Positions 28,104-38,147 of a stretch of 64,000 bases of DNA are shown here, one piece after another. Every line of letters begins with the position of its first letter. The stretch's first letter is position 1. The DNA comes from Planctomycetota bacterium (GTDB lineage Bacteria; Planctomycetota; UBA8742; UBA2392), in NCBI GenBank assembly GCA_016722065.1, contig JADKGX010000002.1, forward strand, positions 202,256 to 266,255, read 5' to 3'. A model generated the notes under the pieces. It was not told the origin of the DNA and did no database searches. It worked only from the letters and a program-made list of their open reading frames with translations. A program made the translations under genes and the position numbers.

Positions 28104-31100
28104 TCAGTTGCCGCCTGCTTCCTTCTTTTCTGTTTTCGTCAGCTTCACGCTTACTTTCAAGGCCCGGCCGGACACGCGCGTCACCAGCGTGGTCGCCCTG
28201 GGGTCCTCTGGCACGCCGGCAGGGGCCTGGCGCAGGCTGATGCTGCGCACGCCAGAAATCGACACACCCGTGTCGGCGGGCAGCAGGATTGCGGCCTTAT
28301 CCAGAATCAATGCGCCGTCGCGCGCTTGGGTAAGGCTGTCGCCAGTTATCTCGTAACCGCCACGGGTAACCCGCACCGGCCCCTGTGCTGCTGTATCCAC
28401 CACCTCGCCCAGCCCATTGAAGGTCACCACGGCGCGCTGCATGGACAACACCAGCGCCGGGGTGCCGGCCTCGTGCGAAGAAAATGCGCCCTGCACCTGC
28501 CCCAGCGCCGCGATCTCGATCAACCCGGAGAGCAGCTTCTCGGCGCGTTGCGCCTGGCGGCTGGCGCGCGCCCGGTGAAGGGGGTCCAGCCTGCCGGCGC
28601 TTTCAAAGTGTGCTGCCTGCTGCAAGGCCACCACCACATCGCGGGCGCAAGCCAATGCCGCGCGGGGCTGGTCGCTTTCAGGGGTCGATTGTTCACCCAG
28701 GTTCAGCACCAGCTTCTGCAGGCTTTGCAGGGCCGTTTCGGCCTGCGCAAGAAGTGCAGGTGCCGCCTGGTTGCCAGTGCGGATGCGCCCCATGCTGGCG
28801 CGAACTTCTTCCATGGCGCGATAGTCATTCACGGCCAGGGGCCGAAACGTGATTTCCAGGCGGTCGCCGGCGCGCAGGTTCCAGGCGCCGTCATAGGCAA
28901 AGGACCCGCGGCGCACGACATCGCCAAACACCTGGCCGGCGTCCTCCAGCTTGAAGACCGGGCTGCCCAGCAGAATCACGGTCAGCGGGTTGCCCGGGCG
29001 GTTCTGGTCGTCAGAACCAGAGGCTTCCATGGATTGCGTGGCCGTGGCCTCGACCCGATCCTGCTCGCTGCGAACCAGCGCGTTGCCTTCCAGCCGCAGC
29101 AGGTTCACCACAGCCGGCGGCGTGGTTTCATAGCCGGCACTTTGCACCAGCAGGTGCTGGCCGCGCACCAGGTACATGGGCTGCACGTCGGCATCCAGCA
29201 GTTCGGGCAGGTCTTTGACAGCGCTGGGGCCTGTGCGCGGGGTTTCAAAGGCGCCGAACACAAGCCGCATTTCCACGCCTTGTGCTGTCAGGGTGCGGCT
29301 GTCGCTGTCGCTGGCGACGTGAATGTTGCCTTGAAAGTCCAGCCAGCCGGCATCCGGCACCAGTTCATTGGCCAGTGCGCCGCGGCGCGGAAGGCGCTGC
29401 ACGGCGCGGCGAAAGTAGGCCAGGCTGTCTGCATCGCGCACCACCAGGCGGCCCGGGCCGAAGATATCGCCCTTGAGCAGCTTCTGTTCCATGTCCATCT
29501 TGAAGCCGTGCGAAAGCAGCAGGTCATAGCCCAGTGTGGCAAGGCAGTCCTGGCCGGGCAGGGGCACCAGTTCCAGCAGGCGGATTTCGTCCGGGGCAGC
29601 AGCGGCGCCGTTGGCCCGGGCGTAGCTCATGTCCAGTGTGGCGCTTTGACCCTGAAAGGTGACAAGGTCTTTGTCGTCGCGGGGCAGCGGGGTGTGTTCG
29701 AATTCCGTCTGGCCCAGGGCGCGAACCATCAACGGTTGCGCATCCTGACCGGGCTGGATGGGCAGCGTGGACACGGCGACATCCAGCGTTTCGGTGGCGC
29801 GAACAGCCAGACGGCCGGGGCGCGGGGTTTTCGGTGCGGATTTATCGGGGCGCTTGCGCAGGCCCAGGGCCTGGCGCATGGCGTCTGCCAGGCTGAAGTC
29901 CGCGTACAGCACGGCCAGAATCTGTGGCCCGCTGACCCGGGCATGCAGCACGTCGTCAACGACCCGGCCGTTGGCCCGGGCACCGAACACCGCCGCGCGC
30001 TGTGTTGGGTCGACATCCGGCCCTTCCTTGAGTGACGACATGCCTGCGGTGCGCAACAGCGGCGAGTAACCCTCACTGATCACATCGAACGTGACTTCGC
30101 GGCGCTGGCGGGCCTTGGGCGGCGCATCGGGCAGCGGTGGCAGGTCGGTGCTGCGCAGGTTGATCTGGCTGCCGGTGATCTTCCACTCGACGCTGTCTGC
30201 GCTTTGCCGCCACACGGCGGCGCCAGTGGACAACTGCAACTCCACCCATGCTGGCACGGCATCGGGCTGTGCCAATGGTGCAGTCAGCGACACAAACCCG
30301 CGCGCCTTCATGCGCAGCAGGGCCGTGCCTGTCTTGCCGGACTGGTCAAGGTCCAGCAGCGGGCTGCCTTCCAGCCTGACTTCGCGGCGCGATGGCGGCT
30401 CGCGATAAAACAGTTTGTCGCCGAAACCATCAAAGGTCTTGCGCACTTCCACGCCCAGGTCGGTCGAGATCGCCTCCTGGCGCGAAACATGCACGCTTTC
30501 GCGCCCGTCGATTTCCAGCGCAGTCAAGCGATCGGCCAGGGTATCGACCTTGCCCTCTACGAGTGTGCCGCGCAGGTCAATGCGGTTGGCGTCAATCTGC
30601 AGCGTGTCGGACGGGGCTTCGTCGGCTGCGGCTTCCAGCGACATGCGCGCGCGACGCAACAGCGAAAGCCCGGCCTTGCCGGTGGGTTGGTCCAGCGTGG
30701 CGTTGATGTCGCCAAAGCAGGCAAGCACCAGCACGCCTGGTTTGGTGGCGCGGCCGTCGGGCGATGGTTTGGCGGCCACGCGCACGCGGAACTCGCCGCC
30801 CCGATGGCCGCTGATGGTCAGGTGTTCAGGCGTCGGCGTGGCTGCACCGGTCTTGAAGTAAATCTCGATCGTCGGGTCCATCAACTCGGTGCGCAGCAGG
30901 GCTTCGGCCTGGGCGTGCGATCGATAGCGCGTCAAACCGGCAGCTGTCACCTTGAGAAACGGCGCCTCGCCCAGGTGAAGGCTGCCTGTGGCTGCGGGCA
31001 TTTCAAAGCCCCCACCCTGTGGAAACTCGGCGGTCATGCCTTGGGGGCACTCAAAGGCTTCGCTGTCGGGCTGGTATTGAAGGCTTTCTGCGCGAATCAC

Positions 31101-31391
31101 CGACTTACCTTCCTTGCCATCGATGGTCAGCACCGCGCCCTGTATCTCCATTTTGCCGTCGCGCTTTTTGCGCGCGACTTTGCCTTCCAGCAAACCCTGG
31201 CGCGCGCCGGCTTTGTCCAGAAGCACCAGCCGGGCGTTTTCGACCTCAAATTGCTGGATGTTCGGCAAGCCCTGCGCCGCCAGTGGCAAGGCCATGGCAA
31301 GCACAAACGCAATCAACCCGTGTTTACTCCACCCAGACAATCTCGACCTCCACGGGCAGGTAGTTGTCGGGCGTGATCTTGGGGTTGGCAA
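28104..31391 (-). CDS. very large hypothetical secreted protein (possible LptA/OstA-like beta-jellyroll modules; function unknown)
   Basis: Up to 1095 aa, with a signal-like GLIAFVLAMALPLAAQG. The start is uncertain (TTG 31391 overlaps cdaR by 68 nt; alternatives are TTG 31316 and ATG 31295). Contains repeated sweeping-strand segments. Confidence 0.75.
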   Translation of the reverse strand: MPTPRSRPTTTCPWRSRLSGWSKHGLIAFVLAMALPLAAQGLPNIQQFEVENARLVLLDKAGARQGLLEGKVARKKRDGKMEIQGAVLTIDGKEGKSVIRAESLQYQPDSEAFECPQGMTAEFPQGGGFEMPAATGSLHLGEAPFLKVTAAGLTRYRSHAQAEALLRTELMDPTIEIYFKTGAATPTPEHLTISGHRGGEFRVRVAAKPSPDGRATKPGVLVLACFGDINATLDQPTGKAGLSLLRRARMSLEAAADEAPSDTLQIDANRIDLRGTLVEGKVDTLADRLTALEIDGRESVHVSRQEAISTDLGVEVRKTFDGFGDKLFYREPPSRREVRLEGSPLLDLDQSGKTGTALLRMKARGFVSLTAPLAQPDAVPAWVELQLSTGAAVWRQSADSVEWKITGSQINLRSTDLPPLPDAPPKARQRREVTFDVISEGYSPLLRTAGMSSLKEGPDVDPTQRAAVFGARANGRVVDDVLHARVSGPQILAVLYADFSLADAMRQALGLRKRPDKSAPKTPRPGRLAVRATETLDVAVSTLPIQPGQDAQPLMVRALGQTEFEHTPLPRDDKDLVTFQGQSATLDMSYARANGAAAAPDEIRLLELVPLPGQDCLATLGYDLLLSHGFKMDMEQKLLKGDIFGPGRLVVRDADSLAYFRRAVQRLPRRGALANELVPDAGWLDFQGNIHVASDSDSRTLTAQGVEMRLVFGAFETPRTGPSAVKDLPELLDADVQPMYLVRGQHLLVQSAGYETTPPAVVNLLRLEGNALVRSEQDRVEATATQSMEASGSDDQNRPGNPLTVILLGSPVFKLEDAGQVFGDVVRRGSFAYDGAWNLRAGDRLEITFRPLAVNDYRAMEEVRASMGRIRTGNQAAPALLAQAETALQSLQKLVLNLGEQSTPESDQPRAALACARDVVVALQQAAHFESAGRLDPLHRARASRQAQRAEKLLSGLIEIAALGQVQGAFSSHEAGTPALVLSMQRAVVTFNGLGEVVDTAAQGPVRVTRGGYEITGDSLTQARDGALILDKAAILLPADTGVSISGVRSISLRQAPAGVPEDPRATTLVTRVSGRALKVSVKLTKTEKKEAGGN

Positions 31392-32571
31392 AGGGCTTGA
31401 TGGTCAACTTGTCGCGCGAGTATTGGATGGAGTAGTACAGGTTCGAAAGCCGCAAACGGCGCGTGCCGGGGCCGCCGCCTTCTGGGGCGTCCGGGTTGTG
31501 ATCGCCTTCCTTGATCTGTGACAGGTCGACCACCACGCGCACGTAGGGCTCCTTGAAGAACTCGCGCTGGCTGGAAAGCACCCGAAGTTCCACCGGCAGG
31601 GTCTTTGCCATGCTGGGCAGGCGCGCACCCTTCTGGACCAGCCAGTTGGGCAGAATGACGTTCACGGCAAACTCGCCGCTGACCAACGCGTAATCCTGCA
31701 GCTCAGTGAATGTGAATTCTACGGGCGCTTCCGCCACGGGCAGATTCTGGCCGTGGCGGCGAATCTGCAAACCCTCCACGGGTACGAGTTGAAGGTTGGA
31801 AACCAGATACCCCTGGCGCAGCAGCGTTTCGATGCTTTTGCCTTCGACCAGGCTTTTGTTGCGCAGAATCTGGTTCACATCGATGCTTGCAATCTGCAAC
31901 TGCGCGCGGTTGCCGCTGGATGTCATGGCATCAATCAACCCGGCTGGCCCGAACGCGTCGATTTCAAAGTCCTGCTGCACGCGGGCAGTGAACGAGTAGC
32001 CCTCGACCTTGCCGTTGACGCCGGTAAGGTCCAGCACGGCCTGGCGGTTGATGAATTGTTCCAGCGTAACCTGGTAGGTGCGTTCGCCGGCAATGGGCTT
32101 GATGACAAGCTCTGCAGGCACGGTGGCTTCCCCCACGCGCTCGAACTTGCGCACGTCCACCACCAGCGTGATCTGGTGCTGGGCGTTGGGCGTGGCGTTT
32201 TGCAGGTCCGCATTGGTGATCAGGTAGCGATAGCCAAAGCGGCCGCGCGAGGCTTCCAGCTCACTGGCAAAGACATTGATTTCTTTGGTAGGGCCGGAAA
32301 CGTCCAGGCCGATCAACGCGGCGTCCGTCGATACAATGCGCCATTGGCCGTTCAGGTCGCCATCCAGTGCAAAGCTTACCGTGGCGGTGTCGCGCAAGGT
32401 GCGGTTGACGGCCACCATGTCGCGGGCAATCCACCACAGCACGCAAGCCAGCGCAAAGATCACTACGTGTGCCGGCAAGGCCGCCCACAGGGCGCGCGCG
32501 CCTTCACGACCGTCGCGGCGCAGGCTGCCGGTCTGGGGTTTGTTGCCGCTGAGTGTGGTTTGGCCGCTCAT
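31324..32571 (-). CDS. cdaR: CdaR-like (YbbR-domain) regulator of diadenylate cyclase
   Basis: N-terminal TM, then repeated YbbR-like units (LDVSGPTKEINVF, IDAFGPAGLIDAM). ATGA overlap with cdaA at 32568-32571. Confidence 0.6.
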   Translation of the reverse strand: MSGQTTLSGNKPQTGSLRRDGREGARALWAALPAHVVIFALACVLWWIARDMVAVNRTLRDTATVSFALDGDLNGQWRIVSTDAALIGLDVSGPTKEINVFASELEASRGRFGYRYLITNADLQNATPNAQHQITLVVDVRKFERVGEATVPAELVIKPIAGERTYQVTLEQFINRQAVLDLTGVNGKVEGYSFTARVQQDFEIDAFGPAGLIDAMTSSGNRAQLQIASIDVNQILRNKSLVEGKSIETLLRQGYLVSNLQLVPVEGLQIRRHGQNLPVAEAPVEFTFTELQDYALVSGEFAVNVILPNWLVQKGARLPSMAKTLPVELRVLSSQREFFKEPYVRVVVDLSQIKEGDHNPDAPEGGGPGTRRLRLSNLYYSIQYSRDKLTIKPFANPKITPDNYLPVEVEIVWVE

Positions 32572-33359
32572 GCTGGCCCCACACTGATGGGGTCTGCATG
32601 GGCGCGGGTTTCTGTGCCGATGTTCGTGCGCAACATGCGTTCCAGGATTTCGCGCGACAGGTCCTGGGTCAGTTCGCCGCGCAAAGCAACCGAGACGCGC
32701 CCGGTTTCTTCACTGACGATGATCACCAGGGCGTCGGTTTCTTCACTCAGGCCAATGCCGGCGCGGTGGCGCGTGCCCAGCCGCTTGCCGATATCGGGAT
32801 TTTCGGTCAACGGAAACAGGCACCCCGCGGCCAGCACGCGCGAGCCACGCACAATGATGGCGCCGTCGTGCAGCGGGTTGCCGGAATAGAAAATGCTGTC
32901 GATCAACTCGGCCGAATATACGGCGTCGATTTCAATGCCGCGTTCGACGTAATTGCGCAGGCCTACGCCGCGTTCAATGGCAATCAGGGCGCCGGTCTTG
33001 CCGCGCGAAAGGCGAAACACGCTGGAGACTATCTTGGGAATCGTGTCGTCACCCTTGGCCAGAAAGCGGTTGAACACGCGGTTCTGGCCCAGCCGCGTCA
33101 GCCCGCGGCGCAGCTCTGGCTGGAACACCACAATCACGCCGATAAACAGGTAATCGACGACCTTTTCCAGCAGCTTGGCAATGCGGTACATGTTGACCGC
33201 ATCGGCCACGAAATAGACCGACAGCAGCAGAAACGTAAACAGCATGGCAACGCCGCGCAGGGCGCTGTCACCGCTGCTTCCTTTAACGAAGCGGTACACG
33301 AGAAGCAGAAAGAGGTAGATCAGGGCGATCTCTACCCCGTAAATAACGTACTCGTGCAT
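32568..33359 (-). CDS. cdaA: diadenylate cyclase (c-di-AMP synthase), membrane-anchored CdaA/DacA type
   Basis: Three N-terminal TMs, then a DAC domain with GALIAIER, LHDGAIIV, GTRHRAGIGLSEETDALVIIVSEETG. Confidence 0.9.
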   Translation of the reverse strand: MHEYVIYGVEIALIYLFLLLVYRFVKGSSGDSALRGVAMLFTFLLLSVYFVADAVNMYRIAKLLEKVVDYLFIGVIVVFQPELRRGLTRLGQNRVFNRFLAKGDDTIPKIVSSVFRLSRGKTGALIAIERGVGLRNYVERGIEIDAVYSAELIDSIFYSGNPLHDGAIIVRGSRVLAAGCLFPLTENPDIGKRLGTRHRAGIGLSEETDALVIIVSEETGRVSVALRGELTQDLSREILERMLRTNIGTETRAHADPISVGPA

Positions 33360-33370
33360 CCTCTCCCCGC

Positions 33371-34213
33371 TCAGATCATCTGTTGCGCCACGGCCAGCGC
33401 GCGCTTCATTGGGCCGGGTTCATGCACGCGAAGCACAGCAGCCCCGCGCATGGCTGCCACCAAAGACGCTGCCAGGCTTTCTGGCTCGCGGTCGGTCACC
33501 GGCCTTGCCGTAATCTGGCCCAGGCTGGATTTGCGCGACAAGCCCAACAGGACCGGAAAACCTAACGCGCAAAGGCGGGGCAACTCACGCACCAGCGCAA
33601 AGTTATGCCGCGGAAGTTTACCAAAGCCGAACCCGGGGTCTATCCAGACGTGGCGCGCATTGACGCCAGCGGCAATCGCGGCCTGGGCGCGCCCGGAAAG
33701 GTACTTCGCCACTTCGCCCACAACGTCGTCGTAGTGCGGGTCCTGCTGCATCGTGGCCGGGTTGCCGCGCATGTGCATCAGCACAAGGCCGCAGCCCACG
33801 CTGGCACACAGCGGCAGCATATGCGGGTCCTGCGTGGCGGCACTGACGTCATTGACGATATCCGCCCCGGCATCCAGTGCGGCTTTGGCCACAGCGGCCT
33901 TTTGTGTATCAATGCTGATGGGAACAGTGGTGCCGCGCGCGCGCAGGGCGGCAATCACGCCGCTGGTGCGGGCGATTTCGGTGCTTGCGTCAACGGGCTT
34001 TGCGCCGGGGCGTGTGCTTTCACCGCCGATGTCCAGGATATCGGCCCCGTCGTCGATCAGCCGCAGGGCGTGATCGATGGCGGCCAATGGGCCATCGTGG
34101 CGGCCGCCGTCGCTGAAGCTGTCCGGCGTGACGTTCAAGATGCCCATCACCAATGGCCAGGGTGCGGCCATGGGGCGGGCGGGCGCGCTATGCCACGCTG
34201 CGGGTATTGCCAT
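33371..34213 (-). CDS. folP: dihydropteroate synthase
   Basis: GILNVTPDSFSDGG, DIGGESTRPGA, and GFGF/K motifs later. The start could also be the internal Met at 34171. Confidence 0.9.
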   Translation of the reverse strand: MAIPAAWHSAPARPMAAPWPLVMGILNVTPDSFSDGGRHDGPLAAIDHALRLIDDGADILDIGGESTRPGAKPVDASTEIARTSGVIAALRARGTTVPISIDTQKAAVAKAALDAGADIVNDVSAATQDPHMLPLCASVGCGLVLMHMRGNPATMQQDPHYDDVVGEVAKYLSGRAQAAIAAGVNARHVWIDPGFGFGKLPRHNFALVRELPRLCALGFPVLLGLSRKSSLGQITARPVTDREPESLAASLVAAMRGAAVLRVHEPGPMKRALAVAQQMI

Positions 34214-34233
34214 GGAGCCGCCGGATTCTGCCG

Positions 34234-36270
34234 CTAGGCCGGTTGTTCCGACAAGCCGCCGGTGCCGCCTGTGGCAGGGCGTTCCTTGGTTTGCTGTTCC
34301 AGGGCGCGGTGCTTGATGGCGGCTTGCTCTGCGCGGGCTTCTTCGTCTTCTTTGTGGCGCTTTTCTTCCAGGTTGCCGCCACCCAGGATGATCTTGATGT
34401 CGTCGTGGTCCAGGGTTTCGTACTTCAACAGCGCTTCGGCCACGTTGACCAATTTGTCCTGGTTTGCCTGCAACAGCTTGACGGTCTTTTCCCAGGCTTC
34501 GTCGATCAGCCGGCGCATTTCTTCGTCGATGGCCTTGCGGGTTTCGTCGCTGAAGGTGCCGGGCTTGCTGACACTTTGGCCCATGAATGTCTGGTCTTCG
34601 TCATCGGCGTAATTCAGCAGGCCCAGGCGGGGGCTGAAACCCCACTCCGTGACCATTTTGCGCGTCAGGTTGGTGGCCTGCTGGATGTCGCTGGCGGCGC
34701 CGGCGTCGACCTCGTTGAAAACCAAGTGTTCCGCGGCGCGACCGCCCAGGGCGATCATCAGCATCGATTCCGCGCGCTTTTGCGGCATCGTGTAGCGGTC
34801 TTTTTCAGGCAGGCTCATGGTCGCGCCCAGCATGCGGCCACGCGGAATAATGGTTACTTTGTGCACCGGGTCGGCGTTCTGGACCAGTTCCTGCACCACG
34901 GCGTGCCCGGCCTCGTGATATGCGGTGGTCTTGCGTTCATCGGCTTCCATGACGCGTGAACGCTTCTGGCGGCCAAAGGCCACGCGGTCGCGGGCTTCCA
35001 TGACGCAATCACGGTTGATTTCGTCCAGGTTGCGCAGCGCGGCCAGCAGGGCGGCTTCGTTGACCAGGCTCATGATATCTGCGCCACTGAAACCGCTGAT
35101 CAAGCGGGCGATCTCGTGGGCGTCAACGCCCTTGCCAGCCTTGACCTTCTTGAGGTGTACGCGCAGGATTTCTTCGCGGCCCTTCAGGTCGGGCAGGTCA
35201 ATGTACACCTGGCGGTCAAAGCGGCCCGGCCGCAGCAGGGCATTATCCAGCACATCGGGCCGGTTGGTGGCGGCAAGAATGATGACACCTTCACTGGTGC
35301 CAATGCCGTCCATTTCCACCAGCAGTGCATTCAGGGTTTGTTCGCGTTCATCGTGACCGCCACCGACTCCGGTGCCGCGACGGCGGCCGACGGCATCGAT
35401 TTCGTCAATGAAGATAATGCAGGGCGCGTTTTCGCGGGCGGTACGAAACAGGTCGCGCACGCGGCTGGCGCCCACGCCGACAAACATTTCGACAAAATCG
35501 CTGCCGCTGATGCTGAAGAACGGACGGTCTGCTTCGCCTGCGATGGCCTTGGCCAGCAGGGTCTTGCCGCAGCCCGGCGGGCCGATCAAAAGCATGCCCT
35601 TGGGAATCTTTGCGCCCAGGCGGGTAAAGCGCTGCGGCTGGCGCAAAAACTCCACGACCTCGGATACTTCCTCTTTGGCTTCGTCGGCACCGGCGACATC
35701 TGCAAACGTTACGGTGACGTCTTCTTTGCTGAACATCTTGGCCTTGGAACGGCCAAAGGCCATCACGCCGCCGCCCAAGGGGCCACCGCCACGGCGCAGA
35801 AAGAAAAACCAGATCACCGCCAGCACGATCACAAAGGGCACCACGCTGCGCAGGAACGAACCAAAGGTGTCGTCGACAGGCTCACTGCTGTAGGAAACGT
35901 CGGTCAGCAGGCTGTGCTTGGGGTCCTTGGAGTGGCCTTCCAGCCACTGTTCCCATTCCTTGTTGCTGACTTCTGCGGTGAAGGTCTGGGGCTCACTTTC
36001 GGGCACGTTGCGGTACTTGCCGCGCACTTCAATCACGTTGCCGTCGGTGGGAAAGCGCAGCTTCATTTCGGAAACTTCGCTTTTTTCCAGCTTGGCGCGA
36101 AGCTCGCTGCTGCCCAGGCGCTGGGACTTGCCGCCCATCTCCAGAAAGAAGATGGTCGCCAGCAGGGCCAGCAGCAGCCCCATCACCACGATAAACATGG
36201 GCATGCCGCGCGGGCGGCGCGGGGTGCCGCTGGGCTTTGGATCCGGGCGAGACTCAGGTTCTTGCTTCAT
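34234..36270 (-). CDS. ftsH: ATP-dependent zinc metalloprotease FtsH
   Basis: [18 protein letters not shown], the SRH region, and HEAGHA zinc motif. GAGGAG SD upstream of ATG 36270. Confidence 0.95.
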   Translation of the reverse strand: MKQEPESRPDPKPSGTPRRPRGMPMFIVVMGLLLALLATIFFLEMGGKSQRLGSSELRAKLEKSEVSEMKLRFPTDGNVIEVRGKYRNVPESEPQTFTAEVSNKEWEQWLEGHSKDPKHSLLTDVSYSSEPVDDTFGSFLRSVVPFVIVLAVIWFFFLRRGGGPLGGGVMAFGRSKAKMFSKEDVTVTFADVAGADEAKEEVSEVVEFLRQPQRFTRLGAKIPKGMLLIGPPGCGKTLLAKAIAGEADRPFFSISGSDFVEMFVGVGASRVRDLFRTARENAPCIIFIDEIDAVGRRRGTGVGGGHDEREQTLNALLVEMDGIGTSEGVIILAATNRPDVLDNALLRPGRFDRQVYIDLPDLKGREEILRVHLKKVKAGKGVDAHEIARLISGFSGADIMSLVNEAALLAALRNLDEINRDCVMEARDRVAFGRQKRSRVMEADERKTTAYHEAGHAVVQELVQNADPVHKVTIIPRGRMLGATMSLPEKDRYTMPQKRAESMLMIALGGRAAEHLVFNEVDAGAASDIQQATNLTRKMVTEWGFSPRLGLLNYADDEDQTFMGQSVSKPGTFSDETRKAIDEEMRRLIDEAWEKTVKLLQANQDKLVNVAEALLKYETLDHDDIKIILGGGNLEEKRHKEDEEARAEQAAIKHRALEQQTKERPATGGTGGLSEQPA

Positions 36271-36464
36271 GTGCTCCTCGTTACCCCTGCTACTGTAACA
36301 CCGGCTTTGGCGGGGTCACTCCCCAGAATCGCTGCGGGCGATTGCCAGACCTGAACCGTGGGTTGGCTTCGGCCTGTTGCCCGCCGCCTGACACTTGCGT
36401 GCCGGGCTGTTGATTTGGGTGCTTGCCTGGGCATTTTGGTTTGGCTGTTGCTGGCAGGTTACGC

Positions 36465-36977
36465 CTAGCGCGCGGCCCATTCGGTGTCGGCGGCGACATC
36501 CAGAATCTCGCGGGCCATGTCGCGCCACAGGCGCGTCATGCCGACTTCGCGCGGTTCGCCCAGGGCCGGCGCGTAGCTGGTGGAAACGTTGACGGTGCGG
36601 CGTACTTCGCCGCCGGGCACGGTTTTGCCGCGGGCAACCACGGTGGCACGGGCACTCAACAGCACTTCGGCGGGCCGCCCGGTCTTCAGGTCTTCCACCA
36701 GGTTGGGTTCCACAAAGCGCGTCAGGGCTACTTCCAGCACGACGTCGGCCTGGCCCTCGGACAACTTCAGGCGCCGGTCGGTGGCGATTTCGTCCTTGAG
36801 CCTGCGGGTCAGGTCGTATTCGTACCCGGGCCGGTTCGGAAACAGGCGGTTTTCAATCGTAGTCAGGCGCAGCGTGCGTTCGGGCCCGCCGTCCAGGCTC
36901 GCGCTCATCGTATAGCCACAGCCACCGGCACAGCACAGCACAGCACAAAGCGCGATTCGCCCCAGGGCCCGAATCAC
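36465..36977 (-). CDS. lptE: LptE-like LPS-assembly lipoprotein
   Basis: GTG at 36977 overlaps the upstream stop (GTGA). Lipobox CCAGGCGY. Alternating pattern ...IENRLF.....YEYDLTRRLKDEI...ADVVLEVAL... resembles the LptE family. Confidence 0.55.
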   Translation of the reverse strand: MIRALGRIALCAVLCCAGGCGYTMSASLDGGPERTLRLTTIENRLFPNRPGYEYDLTRRLKDEIATDRRLKLSEGQADVVLEVALTRFVEPNLVEDLKTGRPAEVLLSARATVVARGKTVPGGEVRRTVNVSTSYAPALGEPREVGMTRLWRDMAREILDVAADTEWAAR

Positions 36978-38146
36978 GGGCTGCTCCGCAACCGTGCTAT
37001 CCGTTTGTCGCGCTCTGATTCCCAGTTCTTTGCATTTTTCAGGTACTGATCGCGGGCGTCTTTTTCGCCAAGGCGGCTGTAGGTGTCGGCGGCGTTGGTG
37101 TCGCGCAGTATCAGCACGTCGTAGGCGCGCTCGCACAGGATCACGAACTGGTCCTTCAGTTTGTCGGAAAGGTTCGGGTTCTCAATGCGATACAGTTCAT
37201 ATTCGCCAATCAGTTCCAGGGCGTGTTCATAGGGCACAAGGTCGTAAATCGGGCCCTTGCTGGAATCCATGATTTCGTTGATTGACCACAGCAGCGCATA
37301 GGGCCGCCAGCGCGTGTCGGTATCGCGCAGCCCGGCCTGGCGGTACAGCCGGTCAAAGCTCTCGGCCGCAATAAAGTGCGCACCATTCAGGCGCTGGGCG
37401 TGTGCCTTGATGAACAGGGTGTCGCCCTTGACCGCCGGCGGCGGGTTCAGCGCCAGCAGGTCGTCACAGATCTCCACCACGTCGTTGTAGCTGCGTGCGG
37501 CAAAGGCCAGCCAGGCGATGTCGCGGGTCAACTCTGCGGTGCGGTGGCGAAACTCGCGCAACTCCTGCACCGGCAGGTAGTAGGTAATCAGTATGCGGCA
37601 ATCCAGCAGCGCCGCGCCAAGCTGGTTGCTGCTGTACATGGCGTCTGCGTCGGGTGCCAGGCGCTTGATGAAATCCACAAAATCGTTGGCGCGAAACTCT
37701 TTGGCGTAGTCGGCAATACCGCGATCGCGCGCCACCAGCTCGCGCAGGCGCGGGTCGTCGTCGGGTGCCAGGTACAGAAACAGCAGGCGATCCAGCGGCA
37801 CCGATCGCGGCAAGCCGCCTTCCTGTGCCCGGCCCAGTGCCAAACGCGCGGCAATGCGCAGTTGAATCGCCTCTGCTACGCGGGATCCTTCGGGGAAATT
37901 CAGCGACAGTTGCTCGCTCAGGTTCACGCAATCCTGCATGCGGCCTTGGGTAAAGGCCTTTTCGACGGCCTGAAACAGCGCGGCTTCGTCGCTGCTGGCA
38001 ATGCTGTCCTTGCGCACAATGCCCTTGCCAGGCTGGTACACCAGCCGGCCATTGCCCTTGGGGCCTTCGTAACGCGGCTCGGGCCCCTGTTTGCAGGCAG
38101 CAAGCAGGGCCAACGAAAGCATCGCAATCAGGGCGTGTGTTTTCAT
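36974..38146 (-). CDS. hypothetical lipoprotein, helical-repeat (weakly BamD/YfiO-like N-terminus)
   Basis: Lipobox ALLAAC. FQAVEKAFTQGRMQDCVNLSEQLSLNFPEGSRVAEAIQLRIAARLALG resembles a TPR-type lipoprotein. Lies 1 nt after the recO stop. Confidence 0.65.
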   Translation of the reverse strand: MKTHALIAMLSLALLAACKQGPEPRYEGPKGNGRLVYQPGKGIVRKDSIASSDEAALFQAVEKAFTQGRMQDCVNLSEQLSLNFPEGSRVAEAIQLRIAARLALGRAQEGGLPRSVPLDRLLFLYLAPDDDPRLRELVARDRGIADYAKEFRANDFVDFIKRLAPDADAMYSSNQLGAALLDCRILITYYLPVQELREFRHRTAELTRDIAWLAFAARSYNDVVEICDDLLALNPPPAVKGDTLFIKAHAQRLNGAHFIAAESFDRLYRQAGLRDTDTRWRPYALLWSINEIMDSSKGPIYDLVPYEHALELIGEYELYRIENPNLSDKLKDQFVILCERAYDVLILRDTNAADTYSRLGEKDARDQYLKNAKNWESERDKRIARLRSSP

Positions 38147-38147
38147 T

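Noticed and set aside
28062-31376. Plus-strand ORFs 28062..30035 (657 aa) and 30204..31376 (390 aa)
   Set aside because: Both are antisense to the giant minus-strand ORF. They are His/Gln/Arg/Gly-rich with no signal or motifs. The minus-strand frame has protein-like composition and fits the operon.
31753-36354. Plus-strand ORFs 31753..32889, 32553..33734, 33605..34237, 34153..34959, 35116..36354
   Set aside because: They are antisense to cdaR, cdaA, folP and ftsH, all of which have strong motif support on the minus strand.
36978-37136. 5' extension of the LptE-like ORF
   Set aside because: It lies inside the upstream lipoprotein gene. GTG 36977 gives a normal lipoprotein signal and a GTGA stop/start overlap.
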